Shown here one piece after another: positions 19,736 through 31,000 of a stretch of DNA of 64,000 bases. The position numbers and the translations under genes are program-made. The DNA is from an uncultured Chloroflexia bacterium (GTDB taxonomy: Bacteria > Chloroflexota > Limnocylindria > Limnocylindrales > CSP1-4). The DNA lies in contig CAVYIM010000003.1 of assembly GCA_963768655.1 (NCBI GenBank), positions 64,001 through 128,000 on the forward strand, given 5' to 3'. Positions within the stretch are counted from its first letter, which is position 1. Each line of letters begins with the position of its first letter. The notes beneath the pieces were generated by a model, which worked only from the letters and a program-made list of their open reading frames with translations, was not told the DNA's origin and ran no database searches.

Positions 19736-20389
19736 GTGGGCGACCAGTCGTTCGTCTCGCAGAAGACGCGGGCCCGCGTTCGCGGCGCGATCACGCCCAT
19801 CGCCCTCGGCGCCGGTAGGATCGGCCTCACGCCGAACGCCCTGACGGTCATCGGCTTCCTCATCTCTGGCGTGGCCGCCGCGACCGCCGCAGCCCAGCTG
19901 TGGATCCCGGCCGCCGTCCTGGTCATCTTCGGCGGCTCGTTCGACATGCTGGACGGCGGGCTTGCACGCGCCCAGAACCGCGTGACCCGCTTCGGGGCCT
20001 TCCTCGACTCGACCCTGGACCGCTGGGGTGAGGGGGTCGTCTACATAGGCATCGTCGCCGGGGCTTCGGCCGCCGGCTTCGTCACGGGGGCGATCCTGGC
20101 CGCCGCCGCGGCCGTCTGCAGCTTCCAGGTCAGCTATACCCGGGCCAAGGCGGAGAGCCTCAAGCTGCACGGCGAGGTGGGCATCGCGCCCCGCGCCGAG
20201 CGGCTCGTCCTCCTGACCATCGGCCTCGTCGCGGCCGGCCTCGACGGGGGCGTCGTCGCGGGTGCGAGAGGCCAGCTCTGGCTGGCGCTCGGCCTCGGTA
20301 TCATCGCCGCCACCGCCAGCATCACCGCGGTCCAGCGAACCTGGCACGTCCACACTCAGCTGCGCAAAGAGGAGCAAGGAGCACAGTGA
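19736..20389 (+). CDS. pgsA: CDP-alcohol phosphatidyltransferase, phosphatidylinositol-phosphate synthase-like
   Basis: TPNALT, DMLDGGLAR..FGAFLDSTLDR, VSYTRAKAES and RAER (PIP-synthase-type motifs). Context includes patA and pimA. Confidence 0.9.
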   Translation: MGDQSFVSQKTRARVRGAITPIALGAGRIGLTPNALTVIGFLISGVAAATAAAQLWIPAAVLVIFGGSFDMLDGGLARAQNRVTRFGAFLDSTLDRWGEGVVYIGIVAGASAAGFVTGAILAAAAAVCSFQVSYTRAKAESLKLHGEVGIAPRAERLVLLTIGLVAAGLDGGVVAGARGQLWLALGLGIIAATASITAVQRTWHVHTQLRKEEQGAQ

Positions 20390-20435
20390 GCGTCAACACC
20401 AGCGGCGACGCCGCGACCGCCAGGGTCGAGGCCAG

Positions 20436-21683
20436 GTGACACAGGAACGTCTGGCCGTCGGCGCTGAGGTCGGCGACGGCGTCGGTCCTGCCGGGGCCGC
20501 CACCTCCACCCGTGCCGGCGACACCTCCGATCTTCCCACCGGGGCGGGGTCGGTTCGATCTCGCCCCGCGCAGCCCGGCAAGGCCGGGCCCCGACCAGAG
20601 AACGGCGCGGCCACGAAGAAGTTCGAGGCGCCCCACCGCCTGGAGAAGGAGACTTTCCTCACCCACGTCGCGGGCGTCACGCTGCTGAGCTTCTGGCGGA
20701 CCTCGTCCTGGGTCATCGGCCACCTCCCCGCCGGCCCGACGTATCGCGTCGGCGGCTGGGTGGCGATGATCGGCTACGCAGCGAGTCCCCAGCGCCGTCG
20801 CTGGCTGCGAGCCAACTTCGGGCACGTGCTCGGCGTGTCGCCCAAGGACAAGGCCGCCGGCCGCCTCGCTCGCGCCGCCTACCGCAACTACGCCCGCTAC
20901 GTCATGGAACTCATGCGCCTGCCGTGGCTCAAGCCCGACAAGGTCGATCTAATCCTCGAGGTCAAGAGCCTCGAGAAGTTCCTGGAGATCTACCGCGCAT
21001 CCAAGGGCGTGGTCCTGGTGGCCGCCCATCTCGGCAACAACGAGGCGGCCGCGGCCGGCTTCGCCAAGCAGGGCCTGGAGATCAACGTCGTCGGCGACGA
21101 CAGCTCGTACCGCGAGCTGTACGAGCTGTTCGAGCGCCAGCGGGAAAGCTGGGGCGTCAAGATGATCTCGTGGCGCAACCTGCGCGGCGTCTACGGCGCC
21201 CTGCGGCGCCACGAAGGCCTCGTCCTGCTGGTCGACTGGGGCTACCGAGAGGACGGCATCCCCGTCAAGATGTTCGGCGCCTGGACGACGCTCCCGGCCG
21301 GCCCCGCGATCCTGGCGGCCAAGCACGGCTCGACCATCGTGCCTTTCTCCATCAATCGACTACCGAACGGCACGTTCCGGGCGGCGGCGGACGATCCGAT
21401 CCACGTCGCATCGAACTCGCCGGCCGACCTGGCCCGCGCGACGCAGGAAATCGCGACCGCCCTGGAGGGCCACATCGCCCCCGCACCGGAGCAGTGGTAC
21501 ATCTTCAAGCCGATCTGGCCGGAGACCGCCGCAGAGGCGGCCGCTCTCGAGGCGCGGCATGCCGCGGCCATGGCGGCCGAAGCGACGGAGAACGGCACTC
21601 GAGGCGGCGGCGCCGGTCCCGCCGAGGACGCCGACGCTTCCGAAGGCAGGGCCGGCAAGCCACGGGGGCACAAGGGTAGATGA
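20436..21683 (+). CDS. PIM/lipid A-type lysophospholipid acyltransferase (PatA-like) 1
   Basis: YARYVMELMRLP, AHLGNNE, LPAGPAILA, APEQWYIFKPIW. GTG start inferred. Confidence 0.85.
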   Translation: MTQERLAVGAEVGDGVGPAGAATSTRAGDTSDLPTGAGSVRSRPAQPGKAGPRPENGAATKKFEAPHRLEKETFLTHVAGVTLLSFWRTSSWVIGHLPAGPTYRVGGWVAMIGYAASPQRRRWLRANFGHVLGVSPKDKAAGRLARAAYRNYARYVMELMRLPWLKPDKVDLILEVKSLEKFLEIYRASKGVVLVAAHLGNNEAAAAGFAKQGLEINVVGDDSSYRELYELFERQRESWGVKMISWRNLRGVYGALRRHEGLVLLVDWGYREDGIPVKMFGAWTTLPAGPAILAAKHGSTIVPFSINRLPNGTFRAAADDPIHVASNSPADLARATQEIATALEGHIAPAPEQWYIFKPIWPETAAEAAALEARHAAAMAAEATENGTRGGGAGPAEDADASEGRAGKPRGHKGR

Positions 21684-22777
21684 ACATCGAGGCGCCCCCG
21701 TCGACCGCGCCTGCGCCCGCCCACCCGGCCGATCCCGCGCCAGAGACCGCCACGCCGGGCTCGCCGGCCGGCTCCGGAGCCGCCTCCCGGTCGGGCCCGG
21801 CCACGCACCGCGGCCTGCGCCGGCGCGTGGCCGACCGGGCGGTCGCCACCCTCGTGATCGGCGCCATGGAGCTGATTCGGCGCATGCCGGACGCCCCGCT
21901 GTGGTGGCTCGGCAACGCTGCGGGCAACATCGAGTACCGGGCCGCCCGCAGCCGCCGCGACGAAGCGCGCCGCAACCTGCGCCGCGTGGCGGAGTGGATG
22001 GCCGCGCACGGCGTGGGGGACGAGAAGTACCATCGCGCGGCCACGGACCCACGCGCCCTCGAGGCGATCGTCCGATCGGCCTTCCGCCATCATGCCCACT
22101 ACTACATCGAGCTGGCGCGGGCGCCCCGCTTCGACGTCCACTACCTGGAGAAGCGGCTCGTCATCGAGACGCCGGACGAAGTCGAAGCGGCCCTCGCCGA
22201 GCGCAAGGCGCTGATTCTCGTGGGTCTCCATTTCGGCACGATCGAGCTGCCCGGGTTCCTCGCCCTTCATCGCCTGGGCCAGGTCGTCGCCCCGATGGAA
22301 TCGCTTCGCAATGAGCGCATCCAGGCCTACATGAAGAGGACTCGGGGCGTCATCGGCGTCCGCATCCTGACCATCGAAGAGGCAGGCCCCGAGCTGCTGG
22401 CGGTCCTTCGCCGCAACGAGCCGATCGGGATCATCGCCGACCGCGATCTGACCGGCAGCGGGCTCGCGGTCGAGCTCTTTGGCGCGAAGACGAAGATTCC
22501 GGCAGGACCGGCCCTGCTGGCCACCGAGACGGGCGCGCCGGCCTACGTTTCGGGCGTGTGGCGGGTGGGCCCGGGACGCTATCGTGGCGTCCTCTGGCCG
22601 GTTCCGACACCCGGGGGGTTGAGCCGGCGGGAGCGGAGCCGGTCGATGGTTCTGGAAGAGGCGCGGCTGTTCGAGCGCGTGATAGCCGCCGCGCCAGAGC
22701 AGTGGCTGGCAGTCTTTCACCCCATCTGGCCCGATCTGCGGCGGGCGCGAGAGACCGACACGGGAGAAGCCCGGTGA
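21680..22777 (+). CDS. PatA-like acyltransferase 2
   Basis: LHFGTIE, IADRDLTGSGLAVELFG, PAGPALLA, PEQWLAVFHPIW. ATGA coupling to the upstream gene. Confidence 0.87.
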   Translation: MNIEAPPSTAPAPAHPADPAPETATPGSPAGSGAASRSGPATHRGLRRRVADRAVATLVIGAMELIRRMPDAPLWWLGNAAGNIEYRAARSRRDEARRNLRRVAEWMAAHGVGDEKYHRAATDPRALEAIVRSAFRHHAHYYIELARAPRFDVHYLEKRLVIETPDEVEAALAERKALILVGLHFGTIELPGFLALHRLGQVVAPMESLRNERIQAYMKRTRGVIGVRILTIEEAGPELLAVLRRNEPIGIIADRDLTGSGLAVELFGAKTKIPAGPALLATETGAPAYVSGVWRVGPGRYRGVLWPVPTPGGLSRRERSRSMVLEEARLFERVIAAAPEQWLAVFHPIWPDLRRARETDTGEAR

Positions 22778-23784
22778 ACCTGGCCGACGGATCGCCCCAG
22801 GGCTCGCTCGATAGACCCTGCCCGGACGCGCGCGCCGGCAAGGCCGACGTGCACATCCATTCCATCGCGTCCGATGGCACCGCCTCGGCTGCCCAGATCC
22901 TTGACTACGCCGAGAACCACACGGATCTGGACCTGATAGCCATCGCCGACCACGAGCGAATTGAGGCCGCGATCGAATGCCAGCGCCTGGCCCGAGAGCG
23001 CGGCACTCGCGTCCAGGTCGTCGTCGCCGAGGAGGTGACGACCCGCAGCGGGCATATCCTCGGCGTCTTCCTGCAGGCTCGCCTGAAGCGCGGCCAGCTT
23101 CTCGAGACGACGGTCGCGGAGATCCACGAGCAGGGCGGCCTGGCGATCGTGCCTCATCCCTTCTCCGCGTTCACCCTGGGGCTGCGCAAGCACGCCATCA
23201 TGCGCGTCCACCTTTCGAAGGATCCGCTCGTCTACTGGGACGCCCTGGAGGGCTACAACCCCTCGACCGCGGGGCGATACGGACGCGCCGCCACCGCCCG
23301 CATCGCCGCGGAGCTGGGGCTGCCGCTGGTAGGCAACAGCGATGCCCATACCCTCGACACGATCGGCGACGGCCACACGCTCTTCCCCGGCAGCACCGCG
23401 GAGGATTACCGCGCGGCGGTCCTGGCCGGGACGACGGATGGCAGCTGCATCACCTGGGGCCCGGCGCGCGAGGTCATGATCTACGGCCGCCAGGTCCGAA
23501 AGCAGGCCCACGACGTCTCGCGCTGGGGCCGGCGGAACCTGCTGCGCGACGATGCGCCGCGCGACCTGGGCGTCCCGGCCGATCAGCTCGAGTTGCAGCG
23601 CGAACGAGAGCGGCGCTATCTCCTGGAGCGCGAGGCGCGCCAGCTGGCCGAACGCCCGACCGCCGGAACGACCGGCCGCGAGACTGAGCGCGGCCTGGCT
23701 CGCCGCCTGCATGCCCTTCGCCAGAGCCGCGCCCGATCCAGTGCCGCCGCGCGCCGCCACGAGGTCGAGGAGCCGCCCGCATGA
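22774..23784 (+). CDS. PHP-family metal-dependent phosphoesterase
   Basis: DVHIHSIASDG, IADHE, EEVTT..GH, PHP and GNSDAH. GTGA and ATGA overlaps on both sides. Confidence 0.9.
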   Translation: MNLADGSPQGSLDRPCPDARAGKADVHIHSIASDGTASAAQILDYAENHTDLDLIAIADHERIEAAIECQRLARERGTRVQVVVAEEVTTRSGHILGVFLQARLKRGQLLETTVAEIHEQGGLAIVPHPFSAFTLGLRKHAIMRVHLSKDPLVYWDALEGYNPSTAGRYGRAATARIAAELGLPLVGNSDAHTLDTIGDGHTLFPGSTAEDYRAAVLAGTTDGSCITWGPAREVMIYGRQVRKQAHDVSRWGRRNLLRDDAPRDLGVPADQLELQRERERRYLLEREARQLAERPTAGTTGRETERGLARRLHALRQSRARSSAAARRHEVEEPPA

Positions 23785-24965
23785 AGATCGGGCTCGTGAC
23801 TCCCTACGTCTACCCGATTCCCGGCGGAGTCAACGAGCACGTCCGCTTCCTGTACGAGAACCTCCGCCTGCGCGGCCACGACGTCCGAATCATCACCAGC
23901 AGCCACGGCCTGCAGCGCTCCTCCGAAGGCGACGTGATCCGCATCGGCAAGGGCTTCAGCATGCCGAGCAACGGCTCTGTGGGCACGATCACGGTTTCGC
24001 CGCGCTACGTCTCCCAGGTGAAGCGCGTGCTGGAGCAGGAGCGCTTCGACCTGCTTCATTTCCACGAGCCGTTCGTGCCGTTCCTCTCGCTGGTCGTGCT
24101 GCGCCAGTCGACCAGCGTCAACATAGCCACTTTCCACGCCTACGCCGGGTTCTCGCCGGCGATGGAGCTCGGCAGCAAGACGCTGAAAGGCTACGCCGCG
24201 CGGCTGCACGGCCGCATCGCGGTCAGCGCCGCGGCCCGCCACTTCGTGGATCGCTTCTTCCCGGGCGACTACAAGGTCATCCCCAACGGCGTGAACACGG
24301 GCCGCTTCCGGCGCGCTGTGCCGATCGCCCGCTGGCAGGACGGGACGCCGAACGTGCTCTTCGTCGGCCGCCTCGAGGACCGCAAGGGCCTGCCGCATCT
24401 GCTCAAGGCTTTCCGGCTGATCCGCAAGAGCGGCCTGGAGGCGCGCCTGCTCGTGGTCGGGTCGGGGCCGCAGGAGCGGGAGGCACGGCGTTACGTCATG
24501 ACTCGCGGCCTCCAGAACGTGGAATTCCTGGGGCGGGTGAGCGACGACGAGAAGGCGCAGCTGTTCAGGACGGCAGACGTGTTCGTCTCTCCGGCCACGG
24601 GCCGCGAGTCGTTCGGGATCGTTCTGCTCGAGGCCATGGCCGCCGGCGCCCCGATCGTCTGCAGCGACATCCACGGCTACAAGGGCGTGGTGCAGCGCGG
24701 CCGCCAGGCCATCCTGGTGCCGCCCCGCGACTCCAAGGCGCTGGCTGCGGGAATCACCGAGCTGCTCACGGATCGGGAGCTGCGAGCCCGCCTCGGCGCG
24801 AGCGGCCAGGCCCGGGCCGAGCAATTCAGCTGGGAGCGCGTCACGGCCAAGGTCGAGGAGTACTACGGTTTCGTCATCCGCCGGCTCGCCGCCCAGGACC
24901 AGCTGCCGGCCGGGTTCGCGGCCGAGATCCCGCTCCCACCCCGGCCGGGAGCTCCTGAGGACTGA
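23781..24965 (+). CDS. pimA: GT4 phosphatidylinositol alpha-mannosyltransferase (PimA-like)
   Basis: MKIGLVTPY..PGGV, NGSV, HFHEP, ATFH, RIAVS, IPNG, RKG and ESFGIVLLEAMAAG. Confidence 0.88.
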   Translation: MKIGLVTPYVYPIPGGVNEHVRFLYENLRLRGHDVRIITSSHGLQRSSEGDVIRIGKGFSMPSNGSVGTITVSPRYVSQVKRVLEQERFDLLHFHEPFVPFLSLVVLRQSTSVNIATFHAYAGFSPAMELGSKTLKGYAARLHGRIAVSAAARHFVDRFFPGDYKVIPNGVNTGRFRRAVPIARWQDGTPNVLFVGRLEDRKGLPHLLKAFRLIRKSGLEARLLVVGSGPQEREARRYVMTRGLQNVEFLGRVSDDEKAQLFRTADVFVSPATGRESFGIVLLEAMAAGAPIVCSDIHGYKGVVQRGRQAILVPPRDSKALAAGITELLTDRELRARLGASGQARAEQFSWERVTAKVEEYYGFVIRRLAAQDQLPAGFAAEIPLPPRPGAPED

Positions 24966-25027
24966 GCCGGCCGGCCTCCCGAGTCGGCTCCGGCCTCCTG
25001 GGAGACTCCCATGAGTCCCCGGCCGCC

Positions 25028-28000
25028 TCAGGATGTAGGAGCCTCGTCTGGCGCGTCCGCGGGTTCGGCTGCCGCTCCGGCTGCCGCTCCGTCCGCCGGT
25101 TCGCCGGCGGAGTGGCCGGCGCCGCCATCCTCCGCGCCCGGACCGGCGAGCAGCCGCTGGTGGCGGCGGTAGCCGGCGACGACGCGCTGGCCCCAGGCCA
25201 CGTATCCGGCCATCAGCGCCACGCCCAGAGCCGCAACCGAGACTATGAGCGCGGCGCCGCCGATGAGCTGCACGGTCTGCGACGCCTGCAGGTTGTCGGC
25301 GAACTGGAAGCCGTAGAACCAGGTCGGCAGGATGGCGTCGTAGACGTTGAGCAGCAGGTTCGGCATGGGCAGGGCCGACAGGTCCGGATAGAGCAGGGCG
25401 AACGCCACCACGGCGAAGATGCAGATCCCCAGAACCAGCCGGCGCGAATCCCGGGCGGTGATGGCGAGAATGCCCAGGCACACGCCCAACACCGCCATGA
25501 CCAGCGCCAGCAGGTCGGGCGGCAGGGCGGCCTGGAAGATCACGTCGCGCGGACCGTTGGCGCCGAGCCAGAGGATCAAGGCTCCGGCCACGGCCACAGG
25601 GAAGACCAGCTGGATGATCCAGCTTCGATCTTCATCGTTCTGCTCGGGCGATCGGCGCTCGAGGCGGATCAGCGTCAGGGCGAGCACGGCCAGTGCGCCC
25701 AGGAGGACCAGCGCTATCAGGAAGATGCGCGCCTCGACCGTGAGCGTGCCCGTGACCGAACCGCAGGCCGTGTTCCCGAAGTAGTTCGTCACATCGACGC
25801 GGGCGAGGGTACAGAGCGGGTACTTCGCGATCCACAGGACAGCCGGAACCATCGCCGCCCCGACGGCGGCGGCGCGAGCCAGAAGCCACGTTCGCCGCGA
25901 CGGCCCATGCCACAGTTCGGCCAGGAAGTACGCCAGGCCTAACAGGAAGAACGGCAGGGCCGTGTAGAAGTGGTACTGGAACGCGGCCCGGTCGATGCGG
26001 GCCCACGACAGCCATTGCCAGAGGAACGCCATGGCTATGAGGGCCAGCCCCAGGCTGCGCCGTTTGAAGGCCTGCCAGCAGACGAAGGCCATGCCCGGGA
26101 TGGCCAGCCACCACAGCACCGGGTTGCCGCCGTCGTGGATCCACGAACCGATGTCCGGGCCGTAGCTGACACTCTCGAACCAGACCGGCTTCAGATCCAG
26201 TGGCCAGGCCCACCACGGCGAGCTGGCGGCATGCTGAGCGCGCAGATCGTTGTGGTACGCGTACATCTGCTCGGTCAGCTGCATCAGCGTCTGGCCGGTG
26301 TGGCCCGGCGGCCAGGCGTTCGTGCAGTAGGTGTTCGCATCGGTCGTCACCGTGTTCCAGCACATCAGGATGGGCAACGGGCCGCTATCCGCCGTCTCCT
26401 GATGCCACGGCACCGCCCACGGGATGTACAGGGCGACGTAAACGACCAGCGGCAGGATCAGCAGGCTGGCGACCATCCACGCCGCCGGCAGTCCGAAGCC
26501 TGAACCGAGGCGCAGCCAACCCTCCGGCGCCGGCGCGGGCGGTTCGGCGAAGGACGCGGGATCGTCCGGGCTGGGCGGGACGGCCAGCGGCCCGAAGCCC
26601 TTCTTGCCGACGAGCCAGAAGCCGAACGCGATGACGGGGGCGAGGACGAGGCCGCCCGCGATGCCGCGCGAGGCTACGTAGAACAGGATGCCCTGCAGGG
26701 GGACGAAGTCGAGGATGCCCACTATCAGCCAGCCGAGACCGGCCACGACGCCGATCCCGAGCGGAGCGACGACCGCGAACCAGAACTCCTGCTTGGTCCA
26801 GGCGATCGGGTGGTAGGCGTTCACGGCGGCCGCGACCGCGGTCGCCATGAGCATGATCAAGAAGAACGTGTAGTCCGGGCCGCCGTTCTGGTCGGGCGAG
26901 GGGTAGTACCTCATCGCCCAGTAGAAGATCGGCAGGCTGATCAGGGCCCCGACCGCCACGAAGAGCACCCTGTCGGGCGTCGTCCGGGCCCGCACCATGG
27001 CGTACCACACGCCGCCCACCAGGACCGCCAGGCCCAGGCCGAGAGTGAGCAGGAGAGCGGCGACGTTCCCGGTTCCGGGCAGGGTCTGCATCTCCGCGAT
27101 CGCGTTCCAGCCCAGGATTCCCGTCCCGGCGACCAGACCCATGATGGTCAGGAGCCGTCCCAGCGCCGATCGGATGAAGATCAGGATGCCGATGCTCGCG
27201 ATGGCGTACAGGGCCACCCACTTGGACGCCAGGGCCAGGCCCAGCACAAGCCCCACCAGTGGCATTCCGATCCAGAAGGTCAACCACGACCGGCGATCGT
27301 TCTTCGCGCCGAGCCAGATGTACGCGAATATGAGATAGGCCAGTAACAGGAAGCCGCCGACATACGTGTCGTTCATGGCGATGCGCGACTGGGCGAAGAA
27401 CATCCCGTCCACGCAGGAGAAGAGGGCCACGAGCACGCCGACCGAGCGGCGGCGGAAGAGGAGCCGCGCCAGCAGGTAGAGGCAGACCGCCATCAACGCC
27501 CCGAACAGGACCCCGACGATCCGCCAGGCGAAGGCGAACTGGCCGATGTCGACCTGGGCCATGTCGCCGTTGGACGCGACGGCAAGCAGATCCTGGCGGT
27601 CGGTGTTGGGCTGGTCCGGCGTCGAGTCCGCCCCGATCGCGACTGGATCGAACGGCAGCTTCGCGTCCGAGAACACGGCGTTGCCGTTGCTCTCGATCGC
27701 GTAGACCGTCCAGCCCGAGCCGTCGGGGGTCTGGCCGAGAGCCTGCGTGATCTGAGTCGCGCTGTCGAAGACGACCTTGGTGACCGGCCCGGGCATCACG
27801 CTGAGCTCCTGATCGGGGTCCGCTGAGATGGTCGCGTCGCCCGAGTCGTTCACGTCGATCAGCAGGATCGAGGAGCCCACCGCGACATACCACTCCTGTG
27901 TAGTGGCGTTCCGCATCGTGGAGTCGATCGCGATCGAGGTCGCCGGGTGGTCGCGGATGGCGATGCCGGGCAGCTGGCCGTCGGCGATGAATTGCTGCAG

Positions 28001-31000
28001 CGAGCTGATCTCGCCCGGCGTGAGGGTCCCGAGGTCGATCGGCTGTTCGACTGCGGAGCCGGCCGCCGCGTTCAGCTCCGTCTCGACCTGCGACGGATCC
28101 TCACCAACCGTGGAGGCGATCGTCTGGGCTTCCGCGGACACGTCCATGGACTGGCTGGCCGTCGGCGTCCGAACGACCGATGCCGTGTTGATCGTCGAGG
28201 TCACGGCGAGAGTCCGCACGTCCATGATGCCGACGCCGTCGCCGTACGCGACCACCACCTCCGGATCATCCGACCTGATGGCGATGCCCGGTAGCTGGCT
28301 GGCGTCGATGAGCGTCTGGAGGGCGCTGATCTGGTCGTCCGAGAGAATGCCCAGGTCGATGACGGTGTCCAGCCCGGAGTTCGCCGGCGAGCTCAACGCC
28401 GCCTCGACATCTTCCGCCGTCATGCCCACCGCCGAGGCGATGGCCTTGGCTTCCGCCGACAGGCTGGCCGCCGGGATCGAGGTCGGGGTCCGCACCACCG
28501 CGGTCGTGGTTGAGCTGAGCGGGGCGAAATCGGCGGCGCCATCCAGCGTTTCGCGGGCCAGGATCTTGCCCGTGCCATCGGTCGATACGATCGTTCCGGT
28601 GGCGTCGACGGCCAGGATCAGCGGCGGCGAGTCGGCGTAGATCTTGACGATCGGAAAGCCCGTCTGGGTCGAGAGCTCGGTCGGCGGTGTGGGCGCGCTC
28701 GCCGCGCCGAGGCGGACATCGTCGAGCTGGAACATGTCGATCCGCCAGATCCGGCCGTCCGATGTCCCGACGTACAGGTCGCCCGTGTCGGCGGCGATGG
28801 ACAACGCGGATGCTCCGGGGATCTGGTATGTCGCCTCGACCGCTCGCGTCTGGAGGTCGTAGGCGATCACCTCCGTGCCCGTGGCAACGTAGAGGCGATC
28901 GCCCAGGCGCGCGTCGGGGTTGGAGCGGGGGTCGGTCGGGGAGCCCGAGTCGTCAGGCAGGATCCTCGGCTCGACGACCGCGTCTTTCACCGGCACGTCG
29001 AGGTTGCTCGTGGCCGTGACCTTGTCGTCTGAGAAGAGGACCAGTCCGCCGGCGATGGCGTACTTGGCCAGCATCGGGTGAGTCCACTCGTAGATGTCGT
29101 GGCGGATGCCATACCGCCAGTCCTGCAGGAACTCAGTGGCGGTGCGGGCGTGGTAGACCTCGTCGAAGTACATCTGGTCCGGCTCGTCGAGGCGATAGAC
29201 ACGCATCGAGAGAATCACGATGACCAGGGCCACGACGACCCAGAGGTCGAGCTTGTCGAAGCGGCCCTTGGGCTCGGTCGCAAGAGAAGCCGAGCGATCC
29301 GGCATCGTCGACGAGCGGCTCAGCCATCGCCAGGCCGACATCACGAAGCCAGGCACGAATTCGGGCTCCTCGCCCGCTGGCTCGTCGTAGCCCTCGTAGT
29401 CGTCGTAGACGGCCATCTCGCCGCCGGAGGCCCCTTCGCCGGAGGGCGCGCCCGAAGCCGGCGTCCCGCCGCCCGCTGGGGCCTCGGCGGCCCATTTCAT
29501 TTCGGGCTCAGGGCGAGAGTCAGGCCGAGAGTCGGGCCGGAACTGGGCCCGGCGGGCCGCTCCTTCCGACGCCCACCCCGGCCCCGCGAGGGCCTGCGGC
29601 CCCATGAGCGGCCCTGGCCAAAGGCGCTGCGGCCCCGGCTCGCCGCCCGCCCTTGCCAATTCCCAGGCCAGCATCCGCACGGCCCGGGTGCGCATCTGCG
29701 TCAGGGCCCACAAGAGGGCGAGGCCGGTGACGACGCCCGAAAGAGCGATCGGCCAGATCAGGCCGGCCCACTCCGCGGACTTGAGGAAGTTGCCCCAGTC
29801 GCCGAGCAACCCCGAGATCGGGCCGGCCACCCCAGGAGCGCCCTGCACGCCGGGGATGCCCTGATACTCGACCAGGACGGCCAGCAGGTTGGCGGCGTTG
29901 ACCACCGCCAGCGCGGCATATGCGACGCTCCAGCGCCACGACACCGCCAGAAGGATCGCTCCAACCGCGAAGAACGGGAACAGGTAGCGCTCATGGGCTC
30001 GAGTCGGGACCACGAAGAAGGCAATGGCGAGGATCGCGAGCGCGACCGCGATCGAGAGGCGGTCGTCGCGCCAGGCCGCCCAGGCGCTCACCCCGACCAT
30101 GATGGCCACCAGGAAGCCGTCGCCGACGATCCAGGCGGGAAGACCGCCGATGGGCTGGCCGGCGAGGAGGAACAGGATCGCGACCACCGCGACCGTGCAA
30201 CCGATCGCCACCGCACGCAGCTCGGACGGCAGCGAGAATGGGGGCTTGCCGGGTGCCGACGCCGTCCAGGGCTCCGATTCGAGTGGAGCGGCTGCAGGCG
30301 CGGCGCCGGCGCCCCCCTCCGACGGCCCGGGAGCCTCTGCCCGATCCGTCGCCCCGGCGTGGGTCCAGGCGACGGCGGCGACGGCGACCAGCACGAGGAT
30401 AGCGACCGCCATCACGACAAGGACGCGGGCCGAGAACGGCCCGACGCTGAAGTACGGCTGGGCGGCGCCGTTGTCGTACACGAGGGCGTCGTGGATCCAG
30501 CCCAGGCTCTGGTCCATGGCGCCGCCGGTTCCGTAGCCCACCAGCGCCCAGGGGTTGTAGGCGTTGAGCGTCAGGTACGGGTACTCGCCGAAAGTGTCGA
30601 TGATGTGGTTGGCGATCGATCCGAAGGCCATCGCCGCGAAGCCCATGACGGTGGCCGCAGCGGCGGCGGCCGCGGCGAGTTCGCGGTTCGCGGCTGAGAC
30701 CAGCTCGGACCGCATGACCAGCAGATAGACGCCCAGGCCGGCGATCAGTCCCGCGGGTAACGTCAGAAGGCCTTGAGGCGTGGCCAGCCGCCCGGCAAGT
30801 CCGACGAAGTCGAGGCCCGTGAATGGCAGGCAGACCAGGGCGCCGGCGGCCAATCCCGACGCGATGGACGTCAGCACTCGCCCGGGATCGGGCCGGCCCT
30901 CGCGCGGCGCCAGCGAGCGCCGGAGGATGACGAAGCCGACGAGAACACCGAGGATGCCGAGCTGGATCTTCGTCAGCGCCGCAACCACGGCCAGGGCCGC

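Noticed and set aside
23616-25481. Long antisense or off-frame ORFs (e.g. 23616-25481, 33524-35515, 61858-63918, most of 45173-47281)
   Set aside because: Arg/Gly/Pro-rich shadow frames expected at high GC over well-supported genes. Only the last 163 aa of 45173-47281 (the acetyltransferase) are real.
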